Assembly (NCBI RefSeq): GCF_031769215.1
Contig: NW_026782484.1
Location: 744,001 to 808,000, forward strand
Origin: Ylistrum balloti
Taxonomy: Eukaryota
Direction: 5' to 3'
Length of the DNA: 64,000 bases
The stretch's first letter is position 1. The number at the start of each line of letters is the position of its first letter. Below, piece after piece: positions 28,593 to 38,500 of this stretch. Made by a program: the position numbers and the translations under genes. The notes under the pieces are model-generated. The model was not told the origin of the DNA. It did no database searches and saw nothing but the letters and a program-made list of their open reading frames with translations.

Positions 28593-29329
28593 TATACCTT
28601 ACAGAGACATCAGTTATCTCTCTTAAGTAGGTGCTCCGACTTTAAGCATCAGTAATCTCCCTTGAGTAGATGCTCTGACTATGGGCTGTGCCCCTAGTGT
28701 TTGCTAGATTCAGAGACATATGTAGCATCTTTAAGTGTTTTTGGGATCATTCTATCAGTGTTGTTGATTGTCGTATGGTTCATCTATACACTGTGTAGAA
28801 ATATCTACCAAGGAAATGTTACATAACATGCTCAAAATGGAATGAATCTAAAGAAGTGAAACTGTTACAGTTATAGAGGTGAAAGGGATTATTGACAGGA
28901 AAAGAAAAGTTTAACTCAGGAAAATGTCAAATAAACTCTACCAAACTACACCAGGTGTGAACCCTCCCAAAGGGAGGTCACCCTCGCCAGGAACAACATC
29001 CCCAGATACCATCCATCCATTGAACTTTATCATGTTTAATATCTGTCATTAAAAACCAAATGATGAACCTTATGTATATTTTTACAATAAGTCCCAACTT
29101 TTCTACAACAAAAAGTATGTCTATACGCACAGGACAGGAAGGATGTTGTGGTTCATCACCCACATTTTTGTGGTTCATCACTCATAACAACTCACATAGG
29201 TTCATTACCATACTTCAGTGACTATATTTTCAGCAGCACGACTGAGAACTGAAGGTCCATTTTGAATTCATTGACCATACCATTGACTCATTTGATCAAA
29301 GCATTTGTATATTACCCATTGTCATAGAC

Positions 29330-30870
29330 CATACCAACTGTGTGTATCATACCAGCTGTGTATAACTTTACAGTGAGGTCTCGGTATACAATACCAGCTG
29401 TGTATAACTTCACAGTGAGGTCTCAGTATACCATATCAGCTGTATATTTTTAAAACAAGTTATCAGTGTGTCATACCAGATGTATATGTTTCCATTGAGT
29501 GCCCGATGTATCATAACAGCTGAATACAAAATGTAATTTTACATTGAGTTCTCAGTGTATAATACCAGGTGTATAAATTTACAGTGAGTTCTCAGTGTAT
29601 AATACCAGGTGTATAAATTTACAGTGAGTTCTCTGTGTATTATACCAGGTGTATAAATTTACAGTGAGTTCTCTGTGTATAATACCAGGTGTATAAATTT
29701 ACAGTGAGTTCTTTGTGTATTATACCAGGTGTATAAATTTACAGTGAGTTCTCTGTGTATTATACCAGGTGTATAAATTTACAGTGAGTTCTCTGTGTAT
29801 TATACCAGGTGAATACATTTACAGTGAGTTCTTGGTGTATTATACCAGGTGTATAAATTTACGGTGAGTTCTCTGTGTATTATACCAGGTGAATAAATTT
29901 ACAGTGAGTTCTTTGTGTATTATACCAGGTGTATAAATTTACGGTGAGTTCTCTGTGTATTATACCAGGTGTATAAATTTACAGTGAGTTCTCAGTGTAT
30001 AATACCAGGTGTATAAATTTACAGTGAGTTCTTGGTGTATTATACCAGGTGTATAAATTTACAGCGAGTTCTCTGTGTATTATACCAACTGTATAAATTT
30101 ACAGCGAGTTCTTGGTGTATTATACCAGGTGTATAAATTTACAGTGAGTTCTCTGTGTATTATACCAGGTGTATAAATTTACAGTGAGTTCTTGGTGTAT
30201 TATACCAGGTGTATAAATTTACAGTGAGTTCTCTGTGTATTATACCAGCTGTATAAATTTACAGTGAGTTCTCTGTGTATAATACCAGGTGTATAAATTT
30301 ACAGTGAGTTCTCTGTGTATAATACCAGGTGTATAAATTTACAGTGAGTTCTCTGTGTATTATACCAGCTGTATAAATTTACAGTGAGTTCTCTGTGTAT
30401 AATACCAGGTGTATAAATTTACAGTGAGTTCTCTGTGTATAATACCAGGTGTATAAATTTACAGTGAGTTCTCTGTGTATTATACCAGGTGTATAAATTT
30501 ACAGTGAGTTCTTGGTGTATTATACCAGCTGTATAAATTTACAGTGAGTTCTCTGTGTATTATACCAGGTGTATAAATTTACAGTGAGTTCTTGGTGTAT
30601 TATACCAGGTGTATAAATTTACAGTGAGTTCTCTGTGTATAATACCAGGTGTATAAATTTACAGTGAGTTCTCTGTGTATAATACCAGGTGTATAAATTT
30701 ACAGTGAGTTCTTGGTGTATTATACCAGGTGTATAAATTTACAGTGAGTTCTCTGTGTATTATACCAGCTGTATAAATTTACAGTGAGTTCTCTGTGTAT
30801 TATACCAGCTGTATAAATTTACAGTGAGTTCTCTGTGTATTATACCAGGTGTATAAATTTACATTGAGTT
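29330..30870. repeat. Minisatellite, 40-bp unit, downstream of the Jagged stop codon
   Basis: tataccaggtgtataaatttacagtgagttctctgtgtat. Confidence 0.97.
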
Positions 30871-30899
30871 TTCATTGTATCACTGAACTCGCACTAGCA

Positions 30900-31880
30900 G
30901 ATTCACTGTTATAACACTGAATTCTCATTGAAAGTTGTGCTGTTATAACACTGATTTCTTACTGAAAGATATGCTGTTATAACACTGATTTCTCAATGGA
31001 AGTTGTACTGTTATAACACTGATCTCTCACTGACAGATATGCTGTTATAACACTGATTTCTCACTGGAAGTTGTACTGTTATAACACTGATTTCTCACTG
31101 GAAGTTGTACTGCTATAACACTGATATCTCACTGTCAGATATGCTGTTATAACACTGATTTCTCACTGGAAGTTGTACTGTTATAACACTGATCTCTCAC
31201 TGACAGATATGCTGTTGTAACACTGATTTCTCACTGGAAGTTGTACTGTTATAACACTGATCTCTCACTGACAGATATGCTGTTATAACACTGATTTCTC
31301 ACTGACAGATATGCTGTTATAACACTGATTTCTCACTGGAAGTTGTACTGTTATAACACTGATCTCTCACTGACAGATATGCTGTTGTAACACTGATTTC
31401 TCACTGGAAGTTGTACTGTTATAACACTGATTTCTCACTGGAAGTTGTACTGTTATAACACTGATTTCTCACTGGAAGTTGTACTGCTATAACACTGATA
31501 TCTCACTGACAGATATGCTGTTATAACACTGATTTCTCACTGGAAGTTGTACTGTTATAACACTAATTTCTCACTGGAAGCTGTACTGTTATAACACTGA
31601 TATCTCACTGACAGATATGCTGTTATAACACTGATTTCTCACTGGAAGTTGTACTGTTATAACACTGATCTCTCACTGACAGATATGCTGTTGTAACACT
31701 GATTTCTCACTGGAAGTTGTACTGTTATAACACTGATCTCTCACTGACAGATATGCTGTTATGGTGTTGATTTTTAACTTGCATATATGCTATTTTATGC
31801 TGATTTGTCACTGGAAGATTTACTGTTATAACACTGATCTCTCACTGGAAGTTTTACTGTTGTAACGCTGATCTCTCACT
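30900..31880. repeat. Minisatellite, 34-bp unit with two interspersed variants
   Basis: tgttataacactgatttctcactg + gaagttgtac or acagatatgc. Confidence 0.96.
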
Positions 31881-32977
31881 AGAAGATCAGTACCAATTCT
31901 GATTTTCTTACTTGACTTATGCGGAATCAAGGATAAATCTATTAATATGATGTTTTTTGTTATTTATTATTGTATCTGTGTGTTTACATCTACTGACTTG
32001 TGCTGTGAACTGTAACTTGTAATAATTTTGATATGTATATAATTTGTACATATAGTATCTTAATGTGCAGTTATTTAATGCTGTTTCTGTGAGAAAATCT
32101 TAATTTAACTTTTAATTTATGAGAGGATGTTTCTGTCACGAAGAAATGATCCAAACATCATTGATTACAACATATTCCATTATACGATCGGACAGATTCC
32201 TCATGTCATAAATGGTCATGTTTAAATTCATCATTTTGCCACAAAGTGATAAGCCGGCTTAAAAGCTGTGAAGTTATGTTGTGAAGTTTCTATGATTTTG
32301 TCACAAATAGGTATATCAGTAGTTACAAAACACTGTCTCGAGCCCATACCAAATCAAAGTAATCATCTTGTTGTTATGGAAACATTAGTCTGCAGTCAAA
32401 GATTCTATTTTTAAGACCAGTATATATAATCAGTTGGTTGTAGACTTTTAAATGTGTGTATGGATAACTGTTATAAATGATTTCATTTTTAGCATAACAT
32501 TTTTATACATCTACAACAACTAATTATAAATTTATACAGTTTGATTTATGCTGTAATAGGTGGATATAAAAAAAATGTTTTAGATGTTTGTAATACAAGT
32601 GTAGGTGGATATAAAATTTTCAGATGTGCTGCAATAGGTGAAAACATTGCCAATATAATGGAAAGGAAAAACAATGTTGATTCCTTTGTTTGTTTATAGT
32701 CTGTGAAAGTTTGCAAATCTCCAGTAGGTAGCTTCCAGTAACTGCTCAAGGATAATGTTGTGCATCAATACATTAACACATCTGTAAAGGATATAAATTT
32801 ACGATGTGTGGGACAGGACAGCTTCAGATGGTTCACTTATCACAAACTTTGATGCTTAGATTTTTCTGTGAAGTCAATTCCACAACAACATGATCAGTTA
32901 TATTACCTGTAAGTTGGATCTGAATAGGTTTTGTCCATATAAAAAATGTAAACTTCTACCACTTTAAAAACTTTTAG

Positions 32978-33170
32978 ATTGAATACTGGTGTTTGTGAAT
33001 TTTTCTAGCATATCTGTGTTGTTACAGCTACAAGGTCCAGATATTGAATACTGGTGTTTGTGAATTTTTCTAGCATATCTGTGTTGTTACAGCTACAAGG
33101 TCCAGATATTGAATACTGGTGTTTGTGAATTTTTCTAGCACATTTGAGGTGTTTTCAGAGCTACAAGGCC
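32978..33170. repeat. Tandem repeat, about 65 bp x3
   Basis: attgaatactggtgtttgtgaatttttctagcatatctgtgttgttacagctacaaggtccagat. Confidence 0.9.
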
Positions 33171-33704
33171 CCAGATGGATAGAACAGATTACACATTTTG
33201 AGTTTCATTTTATAGAATTATTTCAGAATCCTGTCAATTTTTTTTTTTTCGAGAATGAGATGACATGATTATTCCCCATCATTGGCTACATATAAATAAA
33301 GTCAATTTCACAAATAAAATGAATTTTTTTTTCATTTGTAGTTAAAATGAAGCATTCTGTTTTCCCAGCAATTTGAACTACTATACACTGGCATGGTATT
33401 ATCAGGGATACAGTCAACTGTGTTAGTCTCTGATTGTGTTAGTCTGTTGTAATATGTAGAGAACATTATACCAATACCAGTCATCTTTAAGAGATTTTAC
33501 TGTGAGGGCAAGAGAGAGAGAGATAGATTGAGAGAGAGTGAACAAAAGAATGGATGTTAGTGTACCATTTTTTTGGAATTATATTGTGTATTGTCATTAC
33601 TTAAGCATCCATGTTCCTGTATTAACCAGGAAGTAATGTGTTGGTTGATTGTTTGAGCTCAAAGTCACAGTACCAAAGAGCGTAGATATTGTTTATCATA
33701 AAAC

Positions 33705-33975
33705 ACATCACAGTCCACTGATGGCCTACACACAAACCACAGTCCACTGACACACTACACAGTCACACCCCAGTCCACTGACACACTACACAGTCACACC
33801 ACAGTCCACTGACACACTACACAGTCACATCACAGTCCACTGACACACTACACAGTCACACCACAGTCCACTGACACACAACACAGTCACACCACAGTCC
33901 ACTGTCACACTACACAGTCACACCACAGTCCACTGACACACTACAGTCACACCACAGTCCACTGAAAGACTACAC
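33705..33975. repeat. Minisatellite, 31-bp unit
   Basis: cacagtccactgacacactacacagtcacac. Confidence 0.93.
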
Positions 33976-34186
33976 TGTTTTATCTTAGTACACCGATAGA
34001 CTTAACATAGATACAACATAGTCCTCTGATGGACCACACATTTACAGTACAGTGTACTCGTGGAGTACATCAAAATTACACAGACCAAGGTACGTTACTT
34101 TGAATTTAGACAATGAATTCCCAACGGCCAAAGCAGCTTCATGTTCTGTGTCACAACCTGTCATCAGTGTCATGACAAAAAACTCA

Positions 34187-34240
34187 AATAAAGCGTTTTA
34201 TAAAGAATAATCAGTTGTTTTATTATCATATTTGTTTATT
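34187..34240. terminator. Candidate opposed poly(A) signals of Jagged (+) and ARV1 (-)
   Basis: AATAAA at 34187-34192 (+) followed by T/GT-rich sequence; minus-strand AATAAA at 34219-34224 and 34235-34240. Other + AATAAA at 28930, 33295 and 33313. Confidence 0.35.
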
Positions 34241-34529
34241 ATCATATTTGTGTATATGACAATTATTTTTACAGATGAGTATTGACAACAAATTTTCAAC
34301 AAGGACATAGTCATGATGATCCCCTGCCCTTGTCCATTTGTAAAATACATACATCTCAAGTGAGCAACTAAAGTATTGAAATCATTTATTGTTTATGTTC
34401 AATCTAAAGTCCTGTTGAATACCTGGGCAAATAAATTTCATTGAGGTCTTTATTCAGCTGAGCACCATTGTCTTGGTCAAAACAAAAAAAACATTGCTTT
34501 GGTTTAGTCAAAAAAGAACACCATATTGC

Positions 34530-35400
34530 CTTTATGAAGCAAAGCACCACCTTGCCATGCTCCATCAGAGCCCACTCTTTCCTTGCTTCAACAGAAGGCT
34601 ACATTGCCATGCTCCATGAGAGCACACTCTTTCCTTGCTCCAACAGAGTGCTGCATTGCCATGCTCCATGAGAGCACACTCTTTCCTTGCTCCAACAGAG
34701 TGCTGCATTCTCATGCTCCATCAGAGCACACTCTTTCCTTGCTCCAACAGAGGGCTACATTGCCATGCTCCATGAGAGCACACTCTTTCCTTGCTCCAAC
34801 AGAGTGCTGCATTGCCATGCTCCATGAGAGCACACTCTTTCCTTGCTCCAACAGAGTGCTGCATTGCCATGCTACATGAGAGCACACTGTTTCCTTGCTC
34901 CAACAGAGGGCTACATTGCCATGCTCCATGAGAGCACACTGTTTCCTTGCTCCAACAGAGTGCTGCATTGCCATGCTCCATGAGAGCACACTCTTTCCTT
35001 GCTCCAACAGAGTGCTGCATTGCCATGCTACATGAGAGCACACTCTTTCCTTGCTCCAACAGAGGGCTACATTGCCATGCTCCATGAGAGCACACTCTTT
35101 CCTTGCTCCAACAGAGGGCTACATTGCCATGCTCCATCAGAGCACTACATTGCCATGCTCCATCAGAATTCCATGTTTTCTTGCTCCAACAGAGCGCTAC
35201 ATTGCCATGCACCATGAGAGCACCACCTTTCCTTGCTACGCTGCCACGCTCCATCAGGGTACTACATTGCCATGCTCGATCAGAGCTCTACTTTGCTCTG
35301 TTACATCACAGAGTATCACCTTGCCTTGCTCCTTCAGAACACTTTCTCTTTGCTCTTACACAGTTATACATTACCATGCTTCTTTAGGGCATCACCTTGC
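34530..35400. repeat. Minisatellite, 52-bp unit, downstream of the ARV1 stop codon
   Basis: ttgccatgctccatgagagcacactctttccttgctccaacagag(tgctgca/ggctaca). Confidence 0.95.
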
Positions 35401-35473
35401 CCTGTTCCACCTGAGCACCTTATGTCCTTGATCCATCAGGGCACATTTTTGTCTTTTTGATTGTTTATGATCT

Positions 35474-35589
35474 TCACAATGAGTTTTGGGAAAACAAGGT
35501 TTGTATCCAGATGGATGTCCCCATGGCTACCAAATGTCCAAACACAACAGATAGGATACAAGTGGAAATGTTGCAGCTAGGACTGAGAA
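35474..35589 (-). CDS. ARV1: ARV1 exon 6 (last coding exon)
   Basis: ttcag|VLSPSCNISTCILSVVFGHLVAMGTSIWIQTLFSQNSL*. Confidence 0.85.
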
Positions 35590-38500
35590 CTGAAAACAAG
35601 ATGTATTTCCATTTGAACTCCCATATAATGACATTGAAAAATATGACTTTTCTCAATTTAAAACATGCATATAGAAAATGAAAACAAGACATCACACCTC
35701 ACCTTAAAGTTAATCAACATTTATGCTATTCTATATAAAAGACTCATTTGTATTTAAATCCTAATCTAGATTAATCTATAGAAAGGAGGTCTGATGGAAA
35801 TTAATTAAGTGCTCCAAGAGAATTGCTCAGACAGGATTATCTGGACAAACACCCTAACTTTACTACAAGAGGTATAACTACGACAGCTATTATTTTGGGT
35901 GGACTATAATATTGACCAATATACCTCTGATGACCAGCTGTATCATAGTGTGGATTGTACACTTGACCAATATACCTCTGATGACCAGCTGTATCATAGT
36001 GTGGATTGTACACTTGACCAATATACCTCTGATGACCAGCTGTATCATAGTGTGGATTGTACACTTGACCAATATACCTCTGATGACCAGCTGTATCATA
36101 GTGTGGATTGTACACTTGACCAATATACCTCTGATGACCAGCTGTATCATAGTGTGGATTGTACACTTGACCAACATACCTCTGATGACCAGCTGTATCA
36201 TAGTGTGGATTGTACACTTGACCAATATACCTCTGATGACCAGCTGTATCATAGTGTGGATTGTACACTTGACCAATATACCTCTGATGACCAGCTGTAT
36301 CATAGTGTGGATTGTACACTTGACCAATATACCTCTGATGACCAGCTGTATCATAGTGTGGATTGTACACTTGACCAATATACCTCTGATGACCAGCTGT
36401 ACTGTAGTGTGGACTTTAATATTGACCATACCTCTGACCACTAACTGTACAGTAGGGTAAACTATGATATTGACTCATATACCTCTAATGGCCTGGATGT
36501 TTGCAGCACATACAAACAGATGACTCAGGCGCACATAGATGTGGCTGTAGTTTTTCCCCCACAGTACAGCAGGGATCACAAGGATTTTACCAAAGTTGGA
36601 TAGCAGCACTCCACGCATCAACTCTTCTGACCTGCCAAATATAAAAATGATTCTGTTCAAAGCACCAAGTGGAAACCATTCCGCAAAATCAAATAAGAAA
36701 TGAGTTCTTATACAACATACAAATGTCTATGAAATTGGCTTACCTAAATTCCTCTGTAGAAACCATCCTAATGCATACAATGATTATTGAAACAACAATG
36801 ACCAACTCTGTAATAGAAATAAAATGGTAAACATTTCACTGCCATTTAGTAATGTAAATCATCATAACATCAGAAATAGATATCTGTGTTTCATGTTTCA
36901 CAGCCATCCCTGTTTTTTGCTACTGAATCTAATTTTTTATTTTTTTGCACATTTTCGTCAACAGTTTTATTTGATGATGATTTCCAGCAGTATTAGTAAC
37001 TTCAGGCAAATTCATCACAGACACTACACATCTATTTATACAGACCATGTCAAACATTCTCTCAACATCTAACTGTCTAGGATGATAGCAATCACCATGC
37101 TGTCATTGGTTTTGACAGTGAAATTCATAAAATACACACACATGCATAAAAATATCATAACTTTCACAAAAACTAAGGATGAGATCAGGTGTTTCAGACA
37201 AGTATGCATCTTTCTGGAAGTGATAATTCTGCATTGCTTTAAACCATATTTCTATTTGTTTATTTTCGCTTTTTCATTTTTTTTTCTTCATCCCGCAAAA
37301 AAGTTGGGGGAAGGTATATAGGATTAGAAATCACCAAGTATGTCTGTCTATTCATCCATTATTTTATAAGTGCAACGCTTCCTAAACCATTTGATAGAAT
37401 TTCATTGAAACTTGGCACTTGACATTACAGGAAAAAAATTATTTTAAAAAATCAAACATCATAGATTTTCTGACATGGATTTTGATATTAGACATGACAC
37501 ACAATTCAGAAAAAAACTTTAAATACATACCTGACACATCAGGTATACTCTAATCCTAATCAGCATGCCATACTTAAGATGTAATGTCTTTATTTTAAAA
37601 ATAAAATCCTTTAAAAAAAATCTTTACCTACAAACCCTAATTTTTTAAGAAACAGGAACAGGATTTTTTTCATTAGATGTTGAGTACTTTTACCTTATAA
37701 CTAAGGTGTTACCTGTCAAACTGACACTGAATAGTTACTTACTTATCATATATATTGTTGTTTGATAGCATGACACTAAAGTGTTACCAGTACCTATTAA
37801 TGCAAGACTGAAATTTTGATATAGTCCCCATTCCAACGCTGAATAGATCATGTAATCAGGGCGAAGGTGAGATTCTCCACTGCTCCGATGCTCCAGCAAC
37901 AGTTTTGTAAATGCATCACAGAGAAGTAAGATGGCCACTAACTTCCAGTGTCCCTAAAATAAATAATGGCAGCTAGCTGTGGTCACTTTCAAGTGTCATG
38001 AAAAAAAATTGTGACATTACTGATAGTAAGCCAGTGTCTATACAAGCATACCATTAAAACTGTCATCCTATACTAATATATCTTACAAAGTTATTTCTGG
38101 TGGAAAATAAACAACATTTTGCTTTAAAACACAATTTTCTATAAGAATTATAGTAAAGTTAACCTCTATAGAGAGAAATGTGATATTCATTTTGGTAAAG
38201 CTCCTTAAGACAATTAAGAACATTTGATGCTACCATATCTGGTTGTTGAAAAGATTTTTTAAATTCAAGTCAGTTTGATCCCTTCTGGCCCCACCCATCA
38301 ACCCCTGGGGGATCAGTCATGATCAATATTAGCATACCATCAAGCCATCATCATTTGCTCATAATTCTACCCAAGTTTGAAATATTTCCAATTGAAATTA
38401 AACAAATTTTGCTCATTTGTTTTTCATTTTCTCCTATATAAACTGTAGTAAACTTTACCCCCTCCTTGTGTGGAAATGTTGGACCATTTGGCCATGAAAT

